NCBI RefSeq assembly: GCF_009914755.1
Contig: NC_060931.1
Source of the DNA: the human T2T-CHM13v2.0 reference genome, Homo sapiens
Strand: one strand, 5' to 3'
DNA length: 64,000 nucleotides
Shown: one piece after another, positions 43,270-61,311 of the stretch
How the letters are laid out: the number at the start of each line of letters is the position of its first letter
Position numbering within the stretch: the first letter of the stretch is position 1
Position numbers and translations under genes: made by a program
The notes under the pieces: model-generated
Told to the model about the DNA's origin: nothing
Seen by the model: only the letters and a program-made list of their open reading frames with translations
Databases searched by the model: none

Positions 43270-43683
43270 GTTGTAGCAGTGAGTGTTCTCCAGAGAAACA
43301 GTACCACTAGTATGTGTAAATGTATAGTAATAAATTTACAGAATTGGTTCATGTGATTATGGCAGTTGGCAAGTGCAGAATCTTCAGGATGGGCCAGCCA
43401 GTTAGAGACTGAGGAAGAGCCCATGTTGCAGCTCAAAGCAAAAGGCAATCTGATGGCAACTTTCCTTTACTGGAGTATGTCAATCTTTTGTTCTATTCAG
43501 GCCTTCACCTGATTGGTTAAGGCCCACCAATATTGTAGAGGGCAATTTGCTTTACTCAAAGTCTACTAATTTTAATGTTAATCTCATCCAAAAGCACCTT
43601 CAGAGAAACATCCAGAAGAATCTTTGACCACAGAGCTGGGCACTGTGTCTCAGCCAAATCGGCACATAAAATTAATCATCACA
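43270..43683 (-). mobile_element. MLT2 (ERVL) LTR
   Basis: gttctccagagaaacag ... cacataaaattaatcatcaca (reverse complement of MLT2). Confidence 0.85.
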
Positions 43684-44701
43684 TTGGTCATGATCTCATT
43701 GGAATAGTTTCATTTCAATAATTCAAATGACCTCACTAAATATTCTCTCCCCTGTCTTTATTTAAAATTTTGATAATTCAAAACCACTTTAATTGTCATT
43801 TCCTTGAAGAAATTTCTGAACCACTTAAGAGGCGATATTATCACACGTTTCCATAGCAATTTGATTGTTCCCTTTAAAGCCATAAATTTTTCTCCCATGA
43901 AATTTCTAATTTCCTTGTCTTGCTCTCTCATGATAATTAATACCCAGGAAGGCAGTGTGTTCTCTAATGCATCATTGTAGGCATCCCCAATTACTAAGCT
44001 TGGATCACAATTTGCATTTGTTCATAAAATTCATTTTTGAATGAAAGAATGAATGACATTCTAAATAATAGTTGGGTTAGAGTTCAAGCATAACACTTAG
44101 GACTCTAAAATTTGTGATGTTTACAAATATACCATATTGCCTCTATTTTATTCTATAGAACAAATGAATTAAGGATATCTAGAGCAGAGGTATACTATAT
44201 ATGTTTGAAAACAAGATATATTTTATAAGCCGGAGTACATATTCAAACACATATGACCATCTGAAAAAGTATACCTCTGATCAGAAGCAACTTGCATTAT
44301 TAAGCTATAAAGAGTGGTATGGGCATTTTTAACTGTTTTCTTTTCTATTGGTTTTCTGATATTACTTTTAAATTCCTCACATGTGTCGTGTCAGAAAATG
44401 TGATCTTAGCCAAGCTTAGCTTTATTTTTTCTCCAGTCATTTCTGATTTAAACTCAGTCATTTTATCTAACATGCCCCCCACCTCCCCAAGCCACCCTAT
44501 ATATTCTTAGGTCTTGGGCAAAATCATGCTATTGGGAGAGAATTAGGTTTCCAGTTCTAGACAACTGTCAACTCCCATCCAATGAAATTCAACTAATTCC
44601 AACTGACAGCTGGTCCTCAACAAGTCTGCTCACTGTCACTCACTCAGCTCTCCTTAATGTCATCACCAGTTCTGGAGCATCATTGTTGCTCACTTTTTTA
44701 A

Positions 44702-45073
<372 letters not shown>

Positions 45074-45138
45074 AAGTGAAAATCTTAAAAATCAGTGACA
45101 AAAGGCAAATTGAGTACAAAAAAATCAATCAATTCAAT

Positions 45139-45977
45139 GGGGTCAGCAATCTGCTGCCTGTTTTTGTGAACAAGATTTTATTGGCTGGTTGCTTTTGTGC
45201 AACAAAGGCAGATTTGGGTAGTTGTGGAAGAAAAAATTAGGCCTGCAAAACCTAAAATATTTACTATTTGTGTCTTTATGAGAGGTGAAGCCGGCTGGGC
45301 TTCTGGGTCTGGTGGGGACTTGAAAACTTTTCTGTCTAGCTAAAGGATTGTAAACGCACCAATCAGCGCTCTGTGTCTAGCTAAAGGTTTGTAAATGCAC
45401 CAATCAGCACTCTGTCAAAACGGACCAATCAGCATTCAGTAAAATGGACCAATCAGTACTCTGTAAAATGGATCAATCATCTCTCTGTAAAATGGACCAA
45501 TCAGCAGGATGTGGGTGGGGCCAAATAAGGGAATAAAAGCAGGCCACCTGCACTACCAGTGTCGGAGTACTGGGGTCTGCTTCCTTGTTGTGGAGCTTTT
45601 ATTCTTTTGCTCTTTGCAATGAATCTTGCTGCTGCTCAGTCTTTGGGTATGTGCTTCCTTTATGAAGGTCTGTAGCTTCACTCCTGAAGCCCGCGAGACC
45701 ACGAACCCATTGGGAGGGACAAACAACTCCAGACATGCGGCCTTTGTGAACTGTAGCACTCACCCTGAAGGTCTGCAACTTCACTCCTGAAGTCAGAGAG
45801 ACCACGAACCTACCAGAAGGAAGAAACTCTGGACACAAAATTTGAAGGAACAAACTCTGGACACACCATCTTTAAGAGCTAACACTCACCGCGAGGGTCT
45901 GTGGCCTTATTCTTGAAGTCAGCGAGACCAAGAGCCCACCAATTCTGGACACATTTACACAAAGTTTGCTGACCCCT
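45139..45977. mobile_element. MER58A-like hAT MITE split by LTR12
   Basis: Terminal inverted repeats ggggtcagcaa ... tttgctgacccc; internal cctaaaatatttactat motif. Confidence 0.75.
45279..45953 (+). mobile_element. Short-form LTR12 (HERV9) solo LTR, 675 bp
   Basis: tgagaggtgaagccggctggg ... ccaattctggacaca; perfect TSD ttta (45275-45278 and 45954-45957); CCAAT repeats and an AATAAAAG box near 45532. Confidence 0.93.
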
Positions 45978-45992
45978 AAATTAGACTGTTAG

Positions 45993-46349
<357 letters not shown>

Positions 46350-46899
46350 TAAGTGTTCAAGGGAAATAATGCCATTTGATAAATTTATAACTGCAGAAAT
46401 TATCATTGAATAGTGCAAGCATTATAAAAGCGTTTTTAGAAAACAAACAGTAAGAGAATTCATCACACACATATGCTTGCTAAAATAACAAGAAACGGAT
46501 TTACCTAAGGAAACAGAAAAGTTAACCCAGATTGGAGTGAGCTGAAATAAGCAATGAACTATTAAATTGTAAAAACTATAAGTAAAATTAAGAATTGACT
46601 GCATAAGTAACAATAATAATTGATTTTTTGTTTGCAAGTATAGTATAAAGAAAGAAAATACTTGGCAAAAATAACATGTAAGGTGGATGGTAAAGTACTA
46701 GTTTTATTCTGGAAAAAGACTAGAAATGTTGGTTTGCTTAATATTTGTTTTTCTGGTCAAGTAATGTTTAAATTTAAGATTTATCTTGGACAAAGAAAAG
46801 TATATAAAATACTTAAGAAAAAGGTGGGGACAAATATAATTTTTATTAAAAAGATGAAAGAAAGTATAAATGATATAAATAAATACAAATATATTATCA

Positions 46900-48345
46900 A
46901 TAAAGTGTGCAAATAAATCAATGAATCAGAATAGAAAGCTCAGATACAGAGACACAGATAGAGTAAATTTATCATTAGGAAAGGCAACTCAGAAAGGACA
47001 GTCATTTCAACAAGTAAGCTGGAACAACTGGTATCCACTTCCAAGAAAGTAAATTTAACACAAAAATTTCTAACAGAAAAATTAACACACTATCTCAAAG
47101 TTAACAAATTTACAAAAAAATTAACAAAATTACAAAAATTAAAAACAAATTGGGTCATAGAACTAAAGGGCACAAAATTGTAAAACTTCTAGTAGACAAC
47201 ATAGGGGAAAGTGTAGGTGACCAGTAGGTATGATGCTGACTTTTAAGATACAACACAAACAATAATAATCCCTGAAAGAAAAAAGTTTGATTTTATTAAA
47301 ATTAAAAACTTCTACTCTGAAAGACACTGTTAAGAGAATGAAAAGGCAAGTCACAGACTGGAAGAAAATCTGTGCAAATACAAAATATTAAAAGAACACT
47401 TACAATTCAAACAATCTAAAGTTGAGCAAAAGTTCTGAGCACGTACTAAAGAAGATATACAGATCAAAGGTACACAGGTCACAAGTAAGTACATGAAAGG
47501 ATGCTCAAATCATATTTAATTAGGAATTGGCGAATTAAAACAATGAGGTGCCACTACACACCTATTAGAATGGATAAAATCCAAAACATGAAAACTACCA
47601 AATATTGGTGAGGATGCTGAGCAGCAGGATCCCTCATCATGGCTGTAGGAATGCAAATGACGCAGGTCCTTTAGAGACAGTCTCACCATCCAGCAACCAT
47701 ACTCTAAGGTATTTATACAAATTAGTTGAAAACAAATGTTGTGTCCATTTGAAAAGCTGTGAATAAATGTTTATAGTTGCTTTATTCATAATTGCCAAAA
47801 ATTGGAAGCTACGAAGGTATCCTTCAATAGGTGAGTAAGCAAACTGTAGTACACCCATACAATGTAATATCATTCATTGTTAAAAAGAAGTGAGAAATTA
47901 AGCCATGGAAAACATGGAGGAACCCCAAATGCATATTACTATGTGAAGGAAGCCAGTTTGAAAAGGCTACATTGTGTCTGACTTCAACTAAAAAAGCAAA
48001 ACTATAGAGAGTAAAAAGATTAGTGGTTGCCAGGGTTTGGGGGCAGGGAGAGATGAATAATACGTGGAGCACAGGGAGATTTTAGACAGGGAAATTATCT
48101 GTATGATGTTGAAATGCTTGATATACAACCTTATGTATTTGACAAAACCCATGCTTGTACAACAGAAAGTATGAACCCTGGTGAATACTATGAGCATCAG
48201 TTAATAATTTATCAGTATTGGTTCATCAGTTGTGACAAATGTACTGCACTCTTGCAAGATGTTAATAAACGGAGAAATTGCATATGGAGAGAGTGCATAT
48301 GGGAACTCTACCCAACTTTACATTAAAACTAAATACATTTAAAAC
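46900..48345 (+). mobile_element. L1MC-type ORF2 end and 3' UTR
   Basis: Degenerate L1 3' region (ttattcataattgccaaaaattgg; gattagtggttgccaggg). Confidence 0.75.
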
Positions 48346-48596
48346 AAGAAATGTTAGAGAACATTTGAATGACACTATTGGCAATCTGAATTTCATGGAT
48401 AATACATTTTTTTTCATGCAAATGAACAATATTTACCAAAAACTCACCACATGAAAACTAGATTAAGTTCTCAACAAAAAAAGGAAACAAAATTATAGAA
48501 CATGTTTCTGCCAACAATACAATAAAATTAGAACTCAATAAAAATGAGACAGCTAAAATAGAAAAATAACACATTTTTGAAAGTTTAAAGCCATTC

Positions 48597-48813
48597 TTTT
48601 TTTTTTTGTTTTAAACAGGATCTTACTCTGTCACCTCAGTTGGAGTGCAGTGGCATGATTATAACTCACTGCAGCCTCAAAATCCCAGGTTCAATGAGTT
48701 CTCCTGCCTCAGCCTCCTAAGTAGCTGGGACTATAGGCACACGCCCCTGTACCCGGCTAATTTTTGGATTTTTAGTTTTTATAGAGACATGGGTCTCACT
48801 TTGTTCCTCAGGC
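48597..48813 (-). mobile_element. Partial AluJ-like
   Basis: Right arm plus part of the left arm, diverged. Confidence 0.8.
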
Positions 48814-51800
48814 TCTGCCAGTCATTCTTAAGAGAACAAAAAATGTGATTGACCCTGAGAAACAAAATATGTATTGCAGTATATTTTTAACATACAGATA
48901 TTGAAATGTATAAAAAAATAGATTAAAATGCTTGTATCATCATAGTAAAAGAAGATAGGTTCACGATTCAACTTGGAAAGTTAGAAAAGCAATTAAGCAA
49001 ACATAAAGTTAGAGAAAACAAAAATACCACAATATGTAAAGTATAAAATAAAAGATCAAAATCAAATGGAAAGCTTTACATAACACTTTTAAAATAATAT
49101 TTTTCAACATCATAAATAGACAAACCATAAATGATTATATAGAGAATAAAAAAGATGTCACAATTATAGATAAACTTTAAGATCGTGCTAAATGCTATAA
49201 ACCACTTAATGCCATTAAATTTGAAATTATTAAAAAACAGTAGTCTAGAAAGGTATACATTACTAGAATTTATTCATGAGGAATAAAAATGTGACTGAGT
49301 ATATATTTTTAAAATATGATTCAAATTTCCATATATGCAGTGTTTCAGAAAATGGAAAAAGAAGGAAAGCTCTCTAGCTTATTTTATTGTGCTGGGGTAA
49401 CTTTGACACCAAATCTCAAGGTTTCTGAGTCAATTTTGAGGTTGACTTAAGGATAGTATAAGGGAGGAAACACTCAAGGATAATACAAGAAGGAAAAAAC
49501 GAAAAGTTGATATTTACTTATAATTTACATACAAATATTTTTGTTAAAGTATTAATAGTCCAATAAATTACTTAAAACAATCCAAGGATCAATCTTGTTC
49601 CTCAGAAGCATGTAAAGATGATTCAGCAGAGGCATATCTGCGTTAAGTATGGCCTAGTGTTGGAGTACCACATAACTCTGTTCAGAGATCAAGATTTCAT
49701 TCAAAGTGCTCAATAATTTTTGAGATAATTATTTTTTGAACAAAATAAATCAATTTTTAAAGTTTGATTTCAAGATCTAATTTATCAACAAATTACTGTT
49801 TAGAATATATCAATGTATACTTCTTGGTAGATTTTCATAAAATATATTTGTTGTAAGACACATTTTCATTCATTGAAAACATATTGTAGGAGTTTGGTTG
49901 AAACTCAGTAGACTATTTTTTAAATTAATATACTTTCCAGTAATAATTCAAAGTCAAATAGATTTTAAAAATATTGTAATTCTAAGTTATAGCTATATTT
50001 TATCATTTTTATTTGGAATCAGGAGTCAGACATTTTCACAACATATCTTCCAAAATGTACAAAAATGACTTTTTTTACGGAAACATATAAACATACTGCT
50101 TTCTCCATTGAAATAATAAAACAAAAGTTAACCTGCAAACATGATTCACATAATTTATCTGCTAATCAGACTAGTATGGTGATCAAACTAGTATTCTGAT
50201 GAGCTTGAAAAAAAGGAAAAGTGATTACATGAAGTTACGTATTAAATGGAATTCTTTTTCCAAATGCATTTGTTCTGGTCAACAAAGCTTGATCAGTTTC
50301 CTAGCAAATGACACTGGCCTGAAATTGCTGAATGAATTGTTTTCAGCAAAGAATATGAAATTAAGTATGTAGGCATTCAGGATGACTTTTAGTAAACTGA
50401 ATCAACATAGCCAATGCCTCCACATTCAGTCACCTATTTAGTTACATTTAGACATAACCATAAACCTATAAACTTTTACATGTATTTATTCTGTTGTTTG
50501 TCTTTGTCATCATTAACCTGATAATGACAAAACACTAGCTGGCACAGATTATTGAACCTTCACGTTTTTACATGACCTAATCTGTTAATTTCCATCATCT
50601 TTTCTGGGTCCAGGCAGACACAATGCTGCGTTCTGAATGATAGGATTGTTTTCAAATCAAATGAGCCATTCATGAGGATGCTTATTAAAAGCCAGAACAG
50701 CAAGAAACATGCTTGCTTTGTGAGGGTTAATCTTTCTTGATTTTCATTACTTTTAATACATTTTAGAATAACTTTCCAATTTCGTTTGAACCCACGACTA
50801 CCTGAAATGTCCTAATAAAAGAAGATCTGGCTGCCAAAGAGAACACACCATCATGCCAGTTACCTGTGGTGTTCATCTTTCTTAAAAGCTACAAAAATAC
50901 GTTTCCTACTGTGCCATCCAGTACACCAAAGAGCTTTCCCTGGAAATCACTCTTTCATTATGTCTTTGTAATTACTGTTTTCTGTCTGATAAATCTTATG
51001 CAAGCTGTGAGACTTTGAATTATGGATCTGGGAGAGTTACAAGAACATAACTAGTTGCAGCTCAGTCAGCTGTGCGTGTCGATCCTTGCTTTCCAGGCAA
51101 GGCCTGTTGCAGCTATCCACTCTGTCATCTGTATTCATTTTCAGTGAGTTGATCAAAATTCTAACTTACAGAACCTTGGGGTGAGTTTCTCATTTAACAA
51201 GTGTTGAGCACCCATGGCAGGAAAGATATTGTATACAGCAGCACTCAAGAGACATAATCTTTGCCCTTAAAACTTTTATTTTTGGGAGGAAATACTGTAG
51301 CATAAAATGTCACCTCTATTTTCATTTTATGGCCTGAAAGTTTTGATTATAGAATTATATCTGAACAGGACTGCAGCAACCACACATTTTGTCTCATATG
51401 TATATAACAAAATATTGGAAACATGATAGGAGCTCAATCTAGAAAGAATGCAATAACATGAAATTATTCTCTAAAACACTCACCAGAAGTGTAAGTCTAA
51501 AAGAAAATTTTCTTACAGAAGCAGAGTTTATGAATGAAGGGTGAAAGCTGAATCATTCCACACTGCAGGAAATATTCTGTCAATAAGCATTTAACTGCTA
51601 ACACATACACCACCTACTGTGTTCAGTGCTGGCTTTATGGTCTGGTAATAGGAGCTTCACTTTGAGTTATATTACATTTTTGAGATTTAATCACCTAATA
51701 TAGTAGAAGAGCAGACAGATGTTATTTTCTTGATCAAAGGTGTGGTCTTTTTCAAAAGGAGCATAATTCTCCGACACAGTCGAGTCGTAGGAAGGGGAAC

Positions 51801-52033
51801 ATGGGGGAGAATGGAAGGAAGCAATTGCACACTGGGCATATGGACTCAACCGGTGCTGGCTAAATGGCATGTTAGAGTCTGCAGAAGGCTATGCACACAT
51901 GCCAGCCCAGCTAGCCCAGTGCTTCTCTACCAGGCTGACAATCACATCCACTGGAGAGCTCTACAGACTATTTAAATTAGAATAGCAGCGCATGGGGCTT
52001 TGCACATCATTCTAATGTGCAATTTTGTTTCTA

Positions 52034-52630
52034 GACCTGTGCCTCCCAAACTTTAAAATGCATATGAACCACCTGGGAGTCTTAGTAAAATGCAGCAGTT
52101 GACTTAATTAGTCTGGGATGGTGCCTGAGGCCCTGCGTTTTAACATGCACCCAGGTTATGATCAAAATTGCTGTTACTTTGTCACCTTTTGAACTGTTAG
52201 AAATGCAGAATTTGGGGCCACAGATCAGACGTACTGAATCAATATTGGCATCTTACCACCTCCAGTTGATTTTAATGAACATGAAATGTTGTGAAATGGT
52301 CCTCAGAAATCTTCACTTTTTTTCCAAATAAGGAAAATGATATTAAATATAACTTAGATGTCAAATGATGTTCTATTCTTTTAAGATCTAACTTAAATTC
52401 GTTCAATTCCCACAAATTTCAGATCATAACCAGAAGATAGACAATTAAACCTATAGCAGTGGTTCTCATGGTTTGGTCCCCAGGTAGGCATCATGGTATT
52501 ACCTGGTAAGATGTTAGAAATGAAGGTTGTTGGGATCAACCCAGACCTGGTAGGCATGGGTCTCAATAGTTCGTTTAGAAATTCTTCCAGGCGACTGTGG
52601 TGCCACATAAGCAAGTTTGAGAATTACTGG
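52034..52630. mobile_element. Cluster of MER5A-like hAT MITE fragments
   Basis: Motifs cacctgggagtcttagtaaaatgcag, ttagaaatgcagaatttgggg and agcagtggttctca...aagtttgagaattactg. Confidence 0.6.
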
Positions 52631-53385
52631 CCTATAAAATTATTGTAATACTGTAAGCAATTACAATATGGAAGCTAAAATATTTTTAAAGGACACATGA
52701 ACTGAACTCCATATTGACTATAATACTCTTAAAATGAAATATGAGAAATTTAAGGAAATAGTATATTGATATATTGATAGCAGTATTGGAAAATGACATG
52801 GGATCATAAGTGGATCAGATATTTTATGGAATTCCCAGATGAGAGAAAAAGAATAGGATGAATTGTTACAAATGTGCACTCATGTATGTGCATATAGGAG
52901 CACACACAGGAGTAAACATCAAAGTAAAATCTAGAAAAATCTCAGAGTGAACAAATAAAAAGAGTTGTGGGATGTTCTATGACAAACTTTAGAACAATAA
53001 GCATATTTATTCCTAGCTGCAGAACCAGTTGAAATATTCCTCCCAGACCCCTTAAAATAAAGAGAGGAGTTGGTGTAGATGAGAATTTCTGAAGTTTCTC
53101 ATCTAAACAGTGAATGGCCTGTGAGGACAGAGTGGGGATATATATATATACACAACACACACACACACACATCAACACACTCATAAACATAATTTTGTTA
53201 TATTTTTAAGGAACCCACAAGTCATAGTCATAATGTACCCCTGCTTTGGTTCTTAGGCAGGCATACTTTTTTTTTCATTTGGTAAATATGGTAGATAAAG
53301 GAGCTCAGAAATAAATGAATATCTGTATTTCTTATCTAGCACTGACTTCGTAACCTCCAAGGTAAGCCCTCCGAAATAAGTCATT

Positions 53386-53423
53386 ATATCTATTTTTCTA
53401 TCTATCTATCTATCTATCTATCT
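53386..53423. repeat. (TATC)n microsatellite
   Basis: Read directly from the sequence. Confidence 0.85.
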
Positions 53424-53439
53424 CATGACCAAAAATTTT

Positions 53440-54163
53440 ATATTGGATTTTATTAAAATAAAAAAAATTTGCTTTAAAGAAAATGAGCAGACAATCCACA
53501 GAACAGGAGAAAGTATTTGCAATCCCATGTATCTCATAAGAAACTTGTAAGCAGAATATTTAATGAACATTTAAATTTCAAAAATAAAAAGACAAATAAC
53601 CCCATTAAAAATGAATAAAGAATCTGACTAGACATTTCTCCAAGGAAGGGATGCCAATGGCCAATAAACACATGAAAAGATGTTCCACATCATTAGCCAT
53701 TAGCAAAATGCAAATCAAAACCACGAGATACCACTTCACACAAACTAGAATTGCTAGAATCAGTCAGATAATAATCGGCATTGGTGAGAATGTGGAGAAA
53801 TTGGACCCTCATACATGCTGGTGGGAATGTAAAATGGTATCCCCAGTATGGAAAACAGTCTGGCAGTTTCTTCAGTGATTAAATATAGTTATCAAATGAC
53901 ACAGAAGTTTTACTACTCCGTATAATTCAAACGTAAATAAAAACATTTATCTACAAACATTTCATACACGAATATTTAGAATATCATTGTTCATAATAGC
54001 CCAAATGTCCATCAGCTGACAAAAGGATAAACAAAACATGGTATAACCATGAATTAAAGCATATTTCGCATATCAAAAGGAATGAAGTATATTCTGCAAC
54101 ACAGATAACCTTAAAAATAGCATACTAAATGAAAGAAGCCAGTCACAAAATAATGCATATTAT
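53440..54163 (+). mobile_element. L1MB-type 3' region (continues at 60186-60460), host of the young L1
   Basis: ORF2 C-terminal remnant ([13 protein letters not shown]...CWWECK); the 3' UTR is colinear across the insertion. Confidence 0.8.
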
Positions 54164-54383
54164 TATTATTATTTTTTTTAATTATACTTTAAGTTTTAGG
54201 GTACTTGTGCACATTGTGCAGGTTAGTTACATAGGTATACATGTGCCATGCTGGTGCGCTGCACCCACTAACTCGTCATCTAGCATTAGGTATATCTCCC
54301 AATGCTACCCCTCTCCCCTCCCCCCACCCCACCACAGTCCCCAGAGTGTGATATTCCCCTTCCTGTGTCCATGTGATCTCATT

Positions 54384-58238
<3,855 letters not shown>

Positions 58239-58274
58239 TTAGTTGATGCAGTTTCTTCCTATTCTCGATGGTCT

Positions 58275-59290
58275 TTATGTTTGGGCATGATTTTGCAGCG
58301 GCTGGTACCGGTTGTTGCTTTCCATGTTTAGCGCTTCCTTCAGAAGCTCTTTTAGGGCAGGCCTGGTGGTGACAAAATCTCTCAGCATTTGCTTGTCTGT
58401 AAAGTATTTTATTTCTCCTTCACTTATGAAGCTTAGTTTGGCTGGATATGAAATTCTGGGTTGAAAATTCTTTTCTTTAAGAATGTTGAATATTGGCCCC
58501 CACTCTCTTCTGGCTTGTAGGGTTTCTGCCGAGAGATCCGCTGTTAGTCTGATGGGCTTCCCTTTGAGGGTAACCCGACCTTTCTCTCTGGCTGCCCTGA
58601 ACATTTTTTCCTTCATTTCAACTTTGGTGAATCTGACAATTATGTGTCTTGGAGTTGCTCTTCTCGAGGAGTATCTTTGTGGCGTTCTCTGTATTTCCTG
58701 AATCTGAACGTTGGCCTGCCTTGCTAGATTGGGGAAGTTCTCCTGGATAATATCCTGCAGAGTGTTTTCCAACTTGGTTCCATTCTCCCCATCACTTTCA
58801 GGTACACCAATGAGACGTAGATTTGGTCTTTTCACATAGTCCCATACTTCTGGGAGGCTTTGCTCATTTCTTTTTATTCTTTTTTCTCTAAACTTCCCTT
58901 CTCGCTTCATTTCATTCATTTCATCTTCCATTGCTGATACCCTTTCTTCCAGTTGATCGCATCGGCTCCTGAGGCTTCTGCATTCTTCACGTAGTTCTCC
59001 AGCCTTGGTTTTCAGCTCCATCAGCTCCTTTAAGCACTTCTCTGTATTGGCTATTCTAGTTATACATTCTTCTAAATTTTTTTCAAAGTTTTCAACTTCT
59101 TTGCCTTTGGTTTGAATGTCCTCCCGTAGCTCAGAGTAATTTGATCGTCTGAAGCCTTCTTCTCTCAGCTCGTCAAAGTCATTCTCCATCCAGCTTTGTT
59201 CCGTTGCTGGTGAGGAACTGCGTTCCTTTGGAGGAGGAGAGGCGCTCTGCGTTTTAGAGTTTCCAGTTTTCTGTTCTGTTTTTTCCCCAT
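58275..59290 (-). pseudogene. L1 ORF1, frameshifted at about codon 8
   Basis: The start ATG at 59290 is 101 nt (not 102) from Met35 at 59189 because one A is lost in AGAAAAACT. The remaining 304 codons are open. Confidence 0.93.
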
Positions 59291-60185
59291 CTTTGTGGTT
59301 TTATCTACTTTTGGTCTTTGATGATGGTGATGTACAGATGGGTTTTTGGTGTGGATGTCCTTTCTGTTTGTTAGTTTTCCTTCTAACAGACAGGACCCTC
59401 AGCTGCAGGTCTGTTGGAATACCCTGCAGTGTGAGGTGTCAGTGTGCCCCTGCTGGGGGGTGCCTCCCAGTTAGGCTGCTCGGGGGTCAGGGGTCAGGGA
59501 CCCACTTGAGGAGGCAGTCTGCCCGTTCTCAGGTCTCCAGCTGCGTGCTGGGAGAACCACTGCTCTCTTCAAAGCTGTCAGACAGGGACATTTAAGTCTG
59601 CAGAGGTTACTGCTGTCTTTTTGTTTGTCTGTGCCCTGCCCCCAGAGGTGGAGCCTACAGAGGCAGGCAGGCCTCCTTGAGCTGTGGTGGGCTCCACCCA
59701 GTTCGAGCTTCCCAGCTGCTTTGTTTACCTAAGCAAGCCCGGGCAATGGCGGGCGCCCCTCCCCCAGCCTCGCTGCCGCCTTGCAGTTTGATCTCAGACT
59801 GCTGTGCTAGCAATCTGCGAGACTCCGTGGGCGTAGGACCCTCCGAGCCAGGTGCAGGATATAATCTCGTGGTGGGCCGTTTTTTAAGCTGGTCGGAAAA
59901 GCGCAATATTCGGGAGGGAGTGACCCGATTTTCCAGGTGCGTCTGTCACCCCTTTCTTTGACTCGGAAAGGGAACTCCCTGACCCCTTGCGCTTCCCAAG
60001 TGAGGCAATGCCTCGCCCTGCTTGGGCTCGCGCACAGTGCGCGCACTCACTGACCTGCACCCACTGTCTGGCACTCCCTAGTGAGATGAACCCGGTACCT
60101 CAGATGGAAATGCAGAAATCACCCGTCTTCTGCGTCGCTCACGCTGGGAGCTGTAGACCGGAGCTGTTCCTGTTCGGCCATCTTT
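59291..60185. promoter_or_regulatory. L1 5' UTR: sense promoter (- strand) and antisense promoter (+ strand)
   Basis: CpG-rich 5' UTR with the YY1 core AAGATGGCC at the extreme 5' end. The antisense promoter is an established property of this UTR. Confidence 0.75.
59746..59961 (+). CDS. L1 ORF0 (71 aa, antisense ORF in the L1 5' UTR), intact
   Basis: MAGAPPPASLPPCSLISDCCASNLRDSVGVGPSEPGAGYNLVVGRFLSWSEKRNIREGVTRFSRCVCHPFL*; Kozak context gcaATGg; splice donors CCAG|GT at 59852 and 59937. Expression is not shown. Confidence 0.8.
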   Translation: MAGAPPPASLPPCSLISDCCASNLRDSVGVGPSEPGAGYNLVVGRFLSWSEKRNIREGVTRFSRCVCHPFL

Positions 60186-61117
60186 CAAAATAATGCATAT
60201 TATATAATTCCAGTTATATGAAAGTATACAGTATGGAAATCTAGAGACAGGGAGTAGATTAGTGGTTCCTGGGGCTGAGAATGGGGTGGAGAGGTAGGGG
60301 TTGATAACTATAGGGTCCAGGGTTTCTTTTTGAAATGATGAAATATTACAATTTACTGGGCTGATGGCTGCCCATATCTGTGAATATACGAAAAGTGATT
60401 GATTGTGCACTTTAAGTGGGTATATTATATAGTATAAGAATTTTCTCAATAAAGTTGTTTTTAAAGAGTTTACCGACAAATAGTCCTGAGTAAAAAATAG
60501 ATCAGAAGGAAAGAAAACTATGATCAAACTTTAGCACCAAGTTATTGAAAATAATGAAGCTATCAGCTCTACAAACATGAGAAAATATAAAGATCTCAGA
60601 GCTCAGGCAAAACAGAGCAACAGAGGACAGAAAGAGCTAACATATAGGCAGCAGTGCTCAGGGAAAGAAAATCAGCTTAAAAATAGAAAACCATGAAACC
60701 AGATTTCTCTGGGTAGTAAAATAGTATAAATGGCATATCTTTTCAATAAGAATTCTAGAGTGATTTAGCACTTTAAGCTATCTGAATGGATAATTTGGTT
60801 GACAGGTAAACAATAATTAAATAAGTGCTAAAAATAAGTTTTTAAAAATTGAGTGTTTCTAGAAAATATTTTGTCCAGTATTGTTCAAAAGTATCAAGAT
60901 CATGGGACATAAGAAAAGACAGAGCAAGTCTCACAGATTAGAAGAGACTGAAGAGGATTAGTTCTTAGAAAAGAAAAGCGAGTTAAAAGAAAAACCAGTG
61001 AAATTCAAATACAGTCCGGAGTTTACTTAATAGATGGAACCAATGTTAACTTATTAGTTTTGATAAACACAACATAGGTATTATGTAATTTAATAACTTT
61101 AGGAGAAGGGTATGAAG

Positions 61118-61311
61118 CAGGGTTTCTCAATCTCTGCTGTGCTCACATTTTTGGGCAGGTCACTCTGTGTTGTGGGAGTGTGTTTTGATCACTGCAGGCT
61201 GTTTCAGGGCCACTGGCAACCTCAGTTGCAGACCTTCTCTAATGTCCTCAGATGGGTGGTGGGGGTGAGAGGGTACAGGTACAGCAAAGTCATCTAATTG
61301 AAAACTACTGT
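61118..61311. mobile_element. MER20-like hAT MITE
   Basis: cagggtttctcaatctctgc...cacattttggg...ttgaaaactactg. Confidence 0.65.

Noticed and set aside
49414-49480. Short segment flanked by ctcaagg repeats with a small agtcaa/ttgact hairpin
   Set aside because: The repeats are too short to distinguish from chance in degenerate L1 sequence.
59848-59857. ORF0 splice donor 1 as the fusion donor
   Set aside because: It is phase 1. The candidate acceptors at 63370 and 63415 (phase 2) and 63428 (phase 0) would not keep the POM121L12 frame.
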